The notes under the pieces were generated by a model that saw only the letters and a program-made list of their open reading frames with translations, did not search any database and was not told where the DNA came from. Positions 24,561 to 46,276 of a stretch of DNA of 64,000 nt are shown one piece after another. Within the stretch, counting starts at the first letter, position 1. Every line of letters starts with the position of its first letter. The DNA is from Owenia fusiformis (Eukaryota): NCBI GenBank assembly GCA_903813345.2, contig CAIIXF020000001.1:42160001-42224000 (forward strand), written 5' to 3'. A program made the translations under genes and the position numbers.

Positions 24561-27457
24561 TAATCAGGCTCCAAAATCACCTCAACATTTGAAGAGTCGG
24601 TATTAACATGTGAATATCCACTTCAAATTTTTAAGTTCCTATTTGTCATTATGGACACAAATTCCACAATATTTGGACTTACTAGGACGGAGAAAATAGA
24701 GCACTGAACACACAGAGGTAAGAATTTATTACATCTGCGACAGTATGTATTTTTCATAGCTATAGTAATTCTTTATGTTCCCCACTGTATGTTAAGATTT
24801 GGTAGTTCAAAATATTTGTTTACATAGAAAGTGCTTTTCAAAGTGGCCGATGGAGCAAACTAATTTGCATGTTTGTTACTTCATCTAGCTTTATTTCCAC
24901 TTGACAATATGCTGTGTTACTTTTTATCACAGTCAGAGAGAATGTTCTGGCGAAAGGAGATTGGGATTTCAAATTTGGGAAGTTGGGAAACCAGAATGAA
25001 GTAACCTTTCTTAATTCCCGAATCTCTCCGAAATTAGCTCATCTTGGTGACTGTAAATTGCACAGCTGTATTCAATGGTGTCTTTTCATATTCAATCAAT
25101 TTTAAAGTGTACATTTTATTCTTAACGTGATTTCATCGTTTTTGTCGACTGGTGAGATTCCGCTGGGCAAATGGCAAGATGGATGACCCTTGACCTCACC
25201 TTGACCGATGGTGATCACGTCATCAATATTACCAAGATGCCGGTTTCAAATTTTTTTAAATCGCTCCAAATAATATTATGTTAATTCCTAGAGAGTAAAC
25301 ATATTTCATAGTTTGCTATTTCACAATAAGATAACGAAATGTGTAAGGAATTCGCTTTTATCAATTAAAACATCACATCGACATGTGGTATTCGTAAACT
25401 AGACGATGAAGATAACGAAAGAGGGGGTTTGCAATGACGTCACTTCTCAAAAGAAATTCTCAACGAGCTGCATAGCAACCGAGTAATAAACAATTACCGA
25501 TCGCTAAAGATCAGTCCCTTGCGAAATCCTGAGTAATTACTTATTTTCTACGGTTCATTACAAATCACTTAATGATTATCTTACGAATGAATTCTTCTTA
25601 CATTAGAAATCAACATCTCATAAAATATGTCTAATTTAATTACATAGGAAACACGAAGAAATACATTTTTAACGACCATTTTTTATAGTAGGTCGAATTT
25701 TTCAGAAGGGTAAACTTCCCAGGAATTTTAAGATTGTCACGTTTTGTTTGAGAACAAGAACAAGACTTGTGCCAAATGGCCGACTTTTTAGTCAGTCGAC
25801 CTGTTCAAAGTACATTTAGTATTATACTCGCATTTCAGAACAATTTAGGAAGCAATATTTTCTATCTATGTCGATTACAAAGCATCTAAGGTACATACAT
25901 TTATATGAACAACTGAGTCAATAGAGATAAATAGCCCAACGAGAGTCGGCGGTCTTGAAAAATACTTGGATCTCGTTGCCAGTCCTGTTATTGATATCAT
26001 TTCCGTTCGAAGAACGTATTAGATGTCCGTGCTTTTTATTGCACCTTACTACTAATTGAAGTGTTATAATGTTTACTTTTGTGAACTAATGCTTCATCAA
26101 ATTGATAATTTTGTGCAAAAAATTCACTGCAATTTCCGCGGGACTGTAGTAAATCATAACAGACTGACTTCTAGTCTGTTGGATACTGTACATACTTATT
26201 ACTAGCCCTAGTCCAACAACATTAGACCTAGCCTGGGCCTCGTTTCTTATCTGACATGTCTTATGGCCCCGGCTAGGTCTAACTTCCATGATCATTTTGC
26301 CCTTGTTGCGATCATTTAATCGTTCAGCAGGTTTCGACATGCGGAACAAATTAAACCGTAATAAGATGGTATCGTTACAGAAATAATGTGATCAACACAT
26401 GCATACATACCTTATGAATAAATACAAATCATCACATACCCCCCTGTAACCTCATCGATGTATAATTATGAAAATGTTGGGAGAAGGCTTTTTCTTAGTT
26501 TAGAAAACTCTGTTCTGGTTCCGGTAACATCGAAATGGCAAATCCTTTCAGGAATAAACCGCCGTTAGCAACACTGAACGAAACAAGTTCATAAAACGAA
26601 ACGAACCCCGGTTATCCTATATATAAGTACAAAATATTGTAATACTGTAGGAGGCTTGCGATAAACATGATTAAGTTTCCTACTTTTTTTCCTGTTTTAT
26701 TTTCAGAATTATGGTAAATTTCTGGCTAAAATGCTAAAGCTTTCAACATCTTTGGACAGACGCAAGCATGTGATACTGAATAATTAGATATTTTTCTTAA
26801 CATGTTTAAATATATATTGTGCCAAAGTTTTCTCTCCCAGAAAGTCAGTGATTTCCTATTGTAATAACTCAGATGCGAGTAGGTAGTTACCAGTTTCACC
26901 ACCAGGTGGCTCATTCAGGCCACATAGCATGACATAGTTATGCAAATTAAAATAATGTATCTGTCCAATACAAGAAAACATATTTCACTTTTTGTGACTT
27001 TATATGTTGAATCTCCCCGTAGTAGCATTTACATTTTCCAAAACAAAAATTTTTCAAAATTGATCAACAATATTTGAAGCAATATTTCTTGATGTACTTT
27101 TACATGTACATTTCAAATACTAGATAGTATGACATCATTTTGACTGAATGTTTAATGACGATCAAGTAAGGTTTTTTAACATTAGAGTAATGAGATCGAA
27201 AAAAGCTGAAAAGTGTTGATTTGAAAAAAATCAGATTTGGAGGTATCGAGATAAATCAGGTGTGAAGTATAGGTTAAAAGTACATTTACTTGCTCCAATA
27301 TCGTGATAAAACACATGTGTTTAACTTTTCTCTCATTGAGTAAATGAAATATCATTGTAGAAAAATATGTTTTATAAAATAGCATAAACAAAACTTTAAT
27401 TTTATTAAGAACATCATACATTTAAGAGCTAGGAATAAAACAACCATGCTTATACAT

Positions 27458-27673
27458 CAGTGTTCTCCCCAAAAAAAATTTTCAACTGGGTGCAAGATTT
27501 CAAGTCTAAAAAAATCAGCACTCGCTACGCTCACAATATCTCAGTGTAGGTGCTTACTTCACTCATTCTTTAAATCAGAAGTTGAAGTGCAGATGCCAAC
27601 TGGGTGCCAACTGGGGGGCCTTTGGTTTCAAGTAGGGGGAGCCCCCGGTAAAAGTGACATGGGGAGATCACTG
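27458..27673. mobile_element. 216-bp MITE with CAGTG termini and a 5-bp TSD
   Basis: TIRs CAGTGTTCTCCCC / GGGGAGATCACTG (12/13 match); TACAT on both sides (27453-27457, 27674-27678). Confidence 0.75.
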
Positions 27674-27790
27674 TACATGTAATCTTATCACAATACATCA
27701 CCACATTGAAGTTATTAAAATGTAACAATTGTTACAAAGCATGTATGCTGAGTAAAATACATGATCCCAGTTATAAACAATTGAGTGTAT

Positions 27791-29743
27791 CAGTGGAGAC
27801 GATTAGGTCGTTTAACGTTTATTACGACAATTGACGTCATTGTGCGTTAATTGCCGGGTATCGCGTTAATTGACGTACTTCAAATTCAAATTGATTTAGA
27901 CGTTATTTTCGTTGCATTTCATACTTTTTGGTGATATTTATACATACAGATAAGCTTAAATTTTTAATTATTTAGCATACAGAAGAACATGGCTTCACTT
28001 CTTTCTGTTTCAACCAGGCTTTTAGAAGCAGAAACACAATAGTATAATCATTTGAACAACTGACGATCAAATTGTTTTTAAGCGGTAAACACACGCAAGA
28101 GAGGCACCTGGGACATGTTTATTACAATTTGGGCAAGATGTTTTTACTTTTATTCGAAGCATTGGATAGATATCTTCAACTTCCATGTGGGAATTGTGTT
28201 TTCTATGATGCAATATTTTTTTATAAAGCAATAATGAAGACGTTGTCGAAATATGGAGTCGCGACTCCATTAAAAAGTCGCAATGACTCTATAGCATAAT
28301 GATCACAGTCTCATTGCATCGCCAATGAATTTCTATTATGGACAAATTGTGTTGGTATATTTTATTGAACAAAATTAGATTTCCATATTGATGATGAAAT
28401 TAAATACAACATTTTGAATGTTTCATCCTAGAACGGGCCCGTATTGCCGATTTCTCCCGAGTGCATCTGACCAAATAAAGTCCACTTCAGAATTTAACGA
28501 AATATCACAATTAGAAGAAAAAATATAAATATGTTCTTCATATTTATGATGATAAGAACGTCTTTTATCATGTCCTTGAACAATTTTAATGATTGTTTTT
28601 ACATTTAATATGAAATTTAATTTTTTTAAATTTAATTTTTAATTTTAGTAATTGCTGAATATACGTAACACTGCGAGTCGGATCCAATTCATAATTTATG
28701 ATAATGATATACAGGTTAAAAGTCAGTAGGTCAGACGATTGGCCAATGAGGGTGGCTCAAGATTTATAAGTATAAACATTTAGAAGGTTTAGATGGGGTC
28801 TTCCGGGGGCCCGGTCCGGGGGTCTTATTCATGTTCTTATTTGCAGCACAAGGAGGATTGGCTCCCAGAGTGCAACATCGATATTCTGTCCCATATATGG
28901 GCATGTCGTGATACAAAATTTGAATTCAAACAGCCACCATTTTGTTCACTTCAGCATTTGAATCGTGAATGTTGGTCTTGTTTCCGAACGAAAAATTCCA
29001 AAACTCAGGAGAAATGATCGAGATATTGGTTCGAATCTTTTGGACTGTTTATTTTGAATTTATAGTTGGTTATAATTTCAGAAAATAACGACATTTCGAC
29101 GATTTCATTGTTGGAAAATATCGAGTTTCGATCCTGGGAGCCAATCCTCCTTGTTTGCAGCAGAAATCTACTTCGATTTATTAATTAATCAATCTTTTAA
29201 TCAGTATAGCCTATCGCAAATATGTACTACTAGTTGAACATCGCATATCATCTGTTAAAAATTGTCACCTCAATATTCACGGGCTTTAATTTAGTAAAGG
29301 CTAAAAAGACAAACTATCAGGGGACAGCAGATAGTATCTAACCGATATCGTTTTTGAAAGAGGTCCGTGATTTCAAGACGTAAGTCTGCCAGTTATGAAT
29401 CGAAATACGCGTAAATAAATTATACAACTGTTTATAATTTATAATAGACGCTTTTTATCGATTCTCACAATTTCAAACATTGACAATTTCATCAAGAAGT
29501 ACTAATGAGGTAGGTACATTTCGGCCAGTTACCTTGGTAATGGGCGATAATAAAAATACGACCTAGCCCGTACGACAATCAACGTTCCCGCACGTTGATT
29601 ATACGATTACACGTAAATTGACGCGATTGATTACACATGCGCAATTGAAAAACATAGAACGTCAATTAACGTAGTATCCGTCAATCAACTACAATGACGT
29701 TAATTGACGGGATAAACGTTAAATGACGTAATCGTCTCCACTG
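27791..29743. mobile_element. 1.95-kb non-autonomous DNA transposon with CAGTGG termini and a 5-bp TSD
   Basis: Imperfect TIRs of about 90 bp starting CAGTGGAGACGATTA and rich in TTGACG/TTAACG; TGTAT on both sides (27786-27790, 29744-29748). No transposase ORF seen. Confidence 0.85.
28849..29153. mobile_element. 305-bp MITE nested in the 27791-29743 element
   Basis: Perfect 20-bp TIR CAAGGAGGATTGGCTCCCAG and a 9-bp TSD TTTGCAGCA (28840-28848, 29154-29162). The TSD would be 7 bp if the termini extend by one A/T. Confidence 0.9.
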
Positions 29744-30365
29744 TGTATTCCTAGGTACGTTTTTGCAAGCAGAAAACCATGAACAATTACCATAATTTAA
29801 TATTTAGGCACAATTATTCAACACAATCACAATCTAGCACAATCAATGACATCTATATTTCTTTGAGCTGAAATTACCAGTAATCAAATGCATCAATAAT
29901 GTTGCTTTTTAAAGTTTTTATAAATAACAATAGAGTAAACTTGGGTGAATACACGCGCTGTTTGAATAAAGCAAAGATTCGTGTCATACTGGATGGTTAT
30001 AATAAATATCAATATTGAAGAACAATTTCGTTTCGCTGACCAAGTGTACTTTGGCGACGCACAGACAGACATTGCCGGTTGAAATATTCGTCTCATAAAT
30101 TGGTAAGAATAAGACTCATTTTACGATTAAAAATGAACATTTAACACAATAATATTATGTGAAATCGCCTGATGAAATGTGGTTTTATATTATTGTTAAG
30201 TATCAGTGTCATATTAGCGAGGAAAAGTGGTTTCGATAGATCCACAACTTGCATCAAAGGAAAGAATAGCATGGAGGTTAAACTCAATAATGGCCCCAAG
30301 AAAATTCCTAATAATAAAGAACGCCGTTATTGAGTTTAACGACGTTGAACTATACTAGCCCTGGC

Positions 30366-30865
30366 NNNNNNNNNNNNNNNNNNNNNNNNNNNNNNNNNNN
30401 NNNNNNNNNNNNNNNNNNNNNNNNNNNNNNNNNNNNNNNNNNNNNNNNNNNNNNNNNNNNNNNNNNNNNNNNNNNNNNNNNNNNNNNNNNNNNNNNNNNN
30501 NNNNNNNNNNNNNNNNNNNNNNNNNNNNNNNNNNNNNNNNNNNNNNNNNNNNNNNNNNNNNNNNNNNNNNNNNNNNNNNNNNNNNNNNNNNNNNNNNNNN
30601 NNNNNNNNNNNNNNNNNNNNNNNNNNNNNNNNNNNNNNNNNNNNNNNNNNNNNNNNNNNNNNNNNNNNNNNNNNNNNNNNNNNNNNNNNNNNNNNNNNNN
30701 NNNNNNNNNNNNNNNNNNNNNNNNNNNNNNNNNNNNNNNNNNNNNNNNNNNNNNNNNNNNNNNNNNNNNNNNNNNNNNNNNNNNNNNNNNNNNNNNNNNN
30801 NNNNNNNNNNNNNNNNNNNNNNNNNNNNNNNNNNNNNNNNNNNNNNNNNNNNNNNNNNNNNNNNN
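30366..30865. other. Assembly gap (500 N)
   Basis: Run of N; true length and contiguity unknown. Confidence 1.
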
Positions 30866-31454
30866 TACTAAGATAATTTTACTAGAAAATATTACTTTGA
30901 ATATTCAAGATGGGCAGAATTGTGTGTTACTTATGACTGAGTTCAACTTTAAACGCTATCCTATACATCTCCTCAAGCATTTTAGCAGCTATGCTGAATT
31001 TACATGTGATACGGAAGAATAACAAGATCAATGGAAGTATGCAAATAACACATTCAAGTCTGACCAACTAGAAAGTACATGTGTTAATATAAGCTATGTT
31101 AGAATTTTGGAAAAAATATCATTTATTTTAATAAACCAGTTTCTTTCAATGTTGTTAATCCAACATCTCTTTAATATGAATATTCTATCATTCCTTCATG
31201 AGAGCTGTGTGAAGAGTGGCAGTTGATAAAAGAGATCTGATTCCTTATGATTGCTTATTTAAAAGCATATTTGCCCAAATGATTAAGTCCATAGGACTCT
31301 GTATGGTAGTTCCAGTTAAGAAAGTAGCGCCCTCTATTGTTAGTAGCAAACTTGCAGTATACAATGCTTGCCTCTACACGTTTGGTAGCTGATGGTAGCT
31401 GTATGCAGCTGTAAAACGCTGTATGGAGCTGTAGGTTGTGCTGTTTACTATAAT

Positions 31455-41397
<9,943 letters not shown>

Positions 41398-42182
41398 ACT
41401 AGTTTTTTGAGTCCTTGTCTCTAACGAAAATCACTCAATTAATTTCCCTTACTACACAGTGCTGAAGTTACTCAAGGCATTTTGTGATGGCAGAATTTTG
41501 GCTCAGTGATACCTGAAATATAGTTTTAATAAAAATAACAGATGAGAAATATAATTCATCATTTACTGATTGATCAGAGATTTTTTTTTAGACTTTACCA
41601 CTTAAGTCAAGCCATATGAAATAAAACGTTTCCATATTAGAGGTTTCGCAACTCACTTATAGCATGTTTAATTGTTTATTATTCCCGCATAACTTATGAA
41701 GCATTTGATTACATCATTAATTATTGCGCAGCCCTATATGCCCATAAAAGTGTGATATTCTTATAAATCGTTGTCTATAAGTAAGAATATCATATTTATG
41801 GACGTTGCTCAATAAATGATGACATAATCAAATACTTCAAGTGAGTTGCGAATTATATTAACTTCACCGTAAGTCTGAAAAGCAAATTTGTGAGACACTA
41901 CAATTATCGCACAGTCCTAATTGTTGCACGATTGTCCTGAATGGCTTAAATATGCACTCACCTCTTTTAACCAGTGTTACTTATACCAGCTCAACACCAT
42001 TATCTCCCAATTTTAATGATTTATCCATATATCTTTTAAATATCTCTTCATTTTTTTAAAAACTATGCCATTGTCCTAAATGTGCATGCCCAGTCAGACG
42101 ACAGAAGTGAAAGTAGTCTGTCAAAATTTGACCCCCTCCAAATAAAGACAGAAACGGAAGTGAACAAAGAATATTATATTAA

Positions 42183-42667
42183 CCTGCACATCGCTCCAAA
42201 AGGCAATCTTGGGTTGTTTCGGGTTGGAACTTTATCATTTTGAGTTTAATGAAAGATTATAGAATGATGAACAATTGGGCCAAATCTTGTGTACAAATAC
42301 TCACGATAAATGTGTCATTTCAAAGATTGTTTATTGAATTGCTTTGATTGTCGACGACAATATGATTTTTGGAAGGTTTCTAAATTAAGAACGTGACATC
42401 ACTTCCGAATTATAGCATTCAACATAAGTAGCGTTTAATTACCCTTTCGATCATAATAGGATGAATAGCGCTGCGGTAGAATGCTCGCCTAGCACGCAGG
42501 CGGCCCGGGTTCGAATCTCGCTCTCATTTTTTATTTTTTAAACTAATTGATTGTTCTTTGATTTTACGCAGAAAAAACAATTTTTATTTACAGAAACATT
42601 ATATAAGAGCTTGAAAATGTAAAAACAATATATGTCAACATATTGCGTTTTGGAGCGATGTGCAGGT
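42183..42667. mobile_element. TTAA-flanked MITE (Kolobok- or piggyBac-like) carrying a tRNA-derived segment
   Basis: TIRs CCTGCACATCGCTCCAAAAGGCAAT / ATTGCGTTTTGGAGCGATGTGCAGG(T); TTAA at 42179-42182 and 42668-42671. Confidence 0.8.
42459..42530 (+). pseudogene. tRNA-derived sequence (tRNA-Gly-like body with an AGC anticodon loop); probable pseudo-tRNA / Pol III cassette
   Basis: GCGGTAGAATGCTCGCCT-AGC-ACGCAGGCGGCCCGGGTTCGAATCTCG closely resembles the invertebrate tRNA-Gly(GCC) body. A-box-like TAGCGCTGCGG, B-box GGTTCGAATC, oligo-T from 42527. The acceptor and T stems pair poorly. Confidence 0.65.
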
Positions 42668-43811
42668 TTAATATTTCAAAAGTAAACTGATAGAACACTT
42701 CACATGCAAAATGTCACTGGAATTGGATAAAGAAAAATAAACACCTCTCATTTGTTACAGACACCAAATACCTAGCACCAACGGCTAATCACAATCCTCA
42801 AAAAATATATGATATTGTCAGTAGTTTTGCCAAGTACCTGTGCAATATCCGAATGCTAACCCTTTAAAACCCTGGAGACTCACATGTGTGGTCGACCTAA
42901 TTACCTCACGAGTCATCCTAATTATCCCAGGGGTGTTTTTTTTATCGTCATTTTATGGTACTTTGTACATTTCGATGTTTATAATAGACCTTGGAAAAGG
43001 CTACATCCGCTAAATGAGAACTTGTATTTTTAAACAAAATGAGATTGTAATTACATATTTAGCCGTTTTTGGCTTTTATCTTTTTAAATGATTTATAAAA
43101 AAAATCATCTTATTGAAAATTTGTTAGGTTAATGTTTTATTTATCATCCAAAGTCAGAATCATCACTGTCCCAAGTGATATTGTATCCTTACACACTTCC
43201 CTGAAAATAGGAAGAAAATTGTGTGAAGGAATCATCGAAATGTAACCAAAATATTTAAAATCGGAGACAACTTGGAGATGTTACATCTTATATAGAGGTT
43301 ATATAGAGGTTTTAATAAAACCACTTCATCTTACACGATCGATAGGGATTTCACTTTGCAAAACCAATTGAGTTTTCGTTCCAAATCAGAAATGGTTGGG
43401 CGATAATAAATTCATAGATATCGTGCCACAAAATTAAACTTTCAATTATTTATAAACTACCATTTAAATTATGATTTCTCAAATCGTTTGTTGTTCCTGA
43501 CATATCTATAGATCATTGTGGTGTATCAATTATTCATTTCTGATATGTTCTCGGCAGTATTCCTGGAAAAAGGATACTGACAATTTGATAGCAGTTTCTT
43601 ATATTGCTGATATCACACTCATGTGGTTATCCTTAGATAAACTCTTACTCAAAATGTTGTCTTCACATGTTGAATCAAATTATCTGGAACATTTTCGCTT
43701 GAAACGTTGCGCTTTATCTTACTCAAATGAGTCATATTTCATCTTTTTTTCATATCTCCATATTTTTTTCAAATTTCAGTCAAGTTAGAGGTGGGTGTAT
43801 TGACTGTATTC

Positions 43812-45550
43812 TTTCGCAGAAGTATTTACAGATGAGGACACTGAGAATATACCAGTCATAGACTACATATATATAGGGTCTTATATTACCAACTGGCAGA
43901 TTAGCGAAGGAGAAGTGACCCTTGAACTAAAAAATCTGAAAACCAACAAATCACCAGGACAGGACAAAATCAAAGGAATTATCCTCAAGGAACTAGCAGA
44001 CACTATAGCCCATCCCCTCTATTTAATCTACAAGAAATCACTAGATGAAGGATACCTACCACAAGACTGGAGACGAGCTAACATAACCCCTCTACATAAG
44101 AGCGGTTCAAAGTCAAGTCCTAACAACTACCGCCCAATAAGTCTCACATGTATTACCTGCAAAATACTTGAAAGCATCATCAGAAGGCAACTGATTGAAC
44201 ACCTGTACAAAAACAATCTCCTAAATACAGCCCAACATGGTTTCCTGCAAAATAGGTCTTGTACAACTAATCTTCTGGAAATAGTTGAAGCATGGTCAAA
44301 TCTACTAGATACAGGGGGCGCTACTGATGCTATTTATCTTGATTATGCCAAGGCGTTTGATTCCGTGCCCCACCAAAGACTCCTACTCAAACTGGAAAGA
44401 AATTTTGGAATTAGGGGTAAATCTCTGATGTGGCTCTCGCACTTCATCCAACATAGAGAACAACGAGTAGTTATAAATGACATATCAGCACCATGGACCC
44501 CTGTACGGTCAGGAATAGCTCAGGGATCTGTAATTGGACCTTTGATCTACCTACTGTATGTCAACGACATGCCAAACGTTGTTAAACACAGTAATATAAG
44601 CCTGTTCGCTGACGATACTAAACTCCATAGAAAAGTTAACTCCATAGATGATCAAACTTTACTACAGAGGGATATTGACAATGTTCAAAAATGGACTCAA
44701 GATTGGCAATTAAAATTCAATACTAAAAAATGTGGCGTACTACATATTGGAAGAAGTAACAGGAATTTCGACTACCTGATGAAAGACAACAACTCAGACC
44801 AGAAATCTACAATTAGACATAGTAACTGTGAAAGAGATCTTGGAGTTTATATGGACACAAATCTCAAATTCAGTAACCATGTCAAAACCATAGCAAACAA
44901 TGCAAACAAAGTGCTTGGAATGGTAAAAAGATCTTTTATATACTGGGACACTGATACATTTAAATTACTATTCAATGGCTTAGTCAGACCCAAACTTGAG
45001 TTTGCACAATCAGTGTGGAATCCCTACATGAAGAAGGATATAGAAGCCCTAGAGAAAATACAAAGAAGAGCAACGCGTATAGTTCCAACACTTAAAGCTC
45101 TACCCTACCCCCAGAGACTAAAGGCACTAGACCTTACAACACTTGCCTACAGACGACTACGTGGTGATATGATAGAGACGTTCAAATACATCAACTCATA
45201 CTATGATGTCAACACAACAGCAACATTACCTAATTTCCAAGCAAGAGAAACACACAATAGAAGAGGAAATTCCCAACCACTCCTAAAAGCCCACTGCAAA
45301 ACCTCAATGAGACAAAACACTTTCAGCCACAGGGTAACAAACAATTGGAACAGTCTCCCAGAGTACGTAGTGCAGTCAGTCCATGTCAACCAGTTCAAGA
45401 ACCGCCTAGATGCACATTGGTATCACCATCCTTTAAAATTCAATTACGAAATTGCTGGCGTACAAGTAGCCCCCAAGCTACGTTAGTTTCAAAAAGTATC
45501 AGAACTGTCATACAGGCAATGTCTGCCTAGGACGGAAAATTACTTATAAA
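43812..45550 (+). mobile_element. 5'-truncated CR1-clade LINE, antisense within the putative first intron of CUL1
   Basis: Homology begins at FAEVFTDED (~43813) and continues through the RT domain and the CR1-type C-terminus (RDLGV, LEKIQRRATR, RRLRGDMIETFK, WNSLPEYVV, FKNRLD). Short 3' UTR; no endonuclease domain. The 3' boundary is approximate. Confidence 0.9.
43813..45486 (+). CDS. LINE ORF2 reverse transcriptase, 5'-truncated but uninterrupted
   Basis: Open frame with KSPGQD, NYRPISLT, QHGF, YLDYAKAFDSVPH, GIAQGSVIGP and FADDTK. No initiating ATG (the ORF track starts at GTG 43915). Confidence 0.85.
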   Translation, partial: FAEVFTDEDTENIPVIDYIYIGSYITNWQISEGEVTLELKNLKTNKSPGQDKIKGIILKELADTIAHPLYLIYKKSLDEGYLPQDWRRANITPLHKSGSKSSPNNYRPISLTCITCKILESIIRRQLIEHLYKNNLLNTAQHGFLQNRSCTTNLLEIVEAWSNLLDTGGATDAIYLDYAKAFDSVPHQRLLLKLERNFGIRGKSLMWLSHFIQHREQRVVINDISAPWTPVRSGIAQGSVIGPLIYLLYVNDMPNVVKHSNISLFADDTKLHRKVNSIDDQTLLQRDIDNVQKWTQDWQLKFNTKKCGVLHIGRSNRNFDYLMKDNNSDQKSTIRHSNCERDLGVYMDTNLKFSNHVKTIANNANKVLGMVKRSFIYWDTDTFKLLFNGLVRPKLEFAQSVWNPYMKKDIEALEKIQRRATRIVPTLKALPYPQRLKALDLTTLAYRRLRGDMIETFKYINSYYDVNTTATLPNFQARETHNRRGNSQPLLKAHCKTSMRQNTFSHRVTNNWNSLPEYVVQSVHVNQFKNRLDAHWYHHPLKFNYEIAGVQVAPKLR

Positions 45551-45880
45551 CTTTAGCTATTTAAGACAATTGTGCAATAATTAGGACAGTGCGATAATAT
45601 TAGGACCACTTCCTCTCAGCTGTAATTGAAGAACCAGGATGCAAAACTTAGCAAAGAATAAGAAATCACTCAGTTCAAGTAAAACATAGGTACCAACAAT
45701 CCAAGGAATCTACCCACCGATTAATTCAAATCATTTCACCTCCAAGGAAGTAATAAAAAAGAAAATAATTTCAAAAGACAAGAAATAAAGAAAAATGGCC
45801 GCTGATTATTGACCGGGTAAACTTTCAGGACTATATTTGTTACGATAAATTGATATTATAGCAGTTTTCTGGTATCTTAC

Positions 45881-46276
45881 CTTGTGATATGTACAACTTC
45901 TATAAAAAAAAGATATTTTGATATTACTCCTTGGTCTCAAGAGAGCGAATATGTCAATAACAATATCGCAATCACAAAAATTTGACTTCAATAATTTTCA
46001 ACTCTCGAGAAATCTCGCGTGATTTAACCTGACGTACAGTAACACATTAAATATTATACATTATTTACCAATTGACAGATTATCAAAATAACAAATAAAT
46101 ACAGATTCAAATCATTTAATATTATTCTATAGTGTGGGAGCTATCAATATAAAATAAAATATTAGATATGTACACATAAAATATTTCCTTTTTACAGAAC
46201 GATGCTTGTTTTGAGTGACGTCAGAGAAAAACAGAGTGAACATATTGAAAACAACTTGTAAAATAACCAGCGCAAG
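45881..46276. promoter_or_regulatory. Putative bidirectional promoter between CUL1 (-) and DAZAP2-like 1 (+)
   Basis: Minus-strand donor CAAG|GTAAGA at 45881/45880 (candidate CUL1 non-coding exon 1); TCTCGAGA (46003-46010) and TCTCGCGTGA (46013-46022), both similar to the TCTCGCGAGA promoter palindrome; perfect CRE TGACGTCA (46216-46223); DAZAP2-like ATG at 46277. Confidence 0.5.

Noticed and set aside
29737..29748. Perfect RSS heptamer CACAGTG at the right end of the 27791-29743 element (reverse strand)
   Set aside because: The CA comes from the TSD (TGTAT). The left end reads TAT-CAGTGG, so the true terminus is CAGTGG.
30330..31022. 230-aa ORF in the ORF track
   Set aside because: Artifact of translating through the 500-N gap.
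41645..41852. 13-bp inverted repeat TCGCAACTCACTT
   Set aside because: Possibly a decayed MITE, but one terminus is eroded and there is no TSD, so it was not called.
42459..42530. Functional tRNA-Ala(AGC) gene
   Set aside because: Acceptor and T stems pair poorly, the body is Gly-like, and it sits inside a transposon. Reported as a pseudo-tRNA instead.
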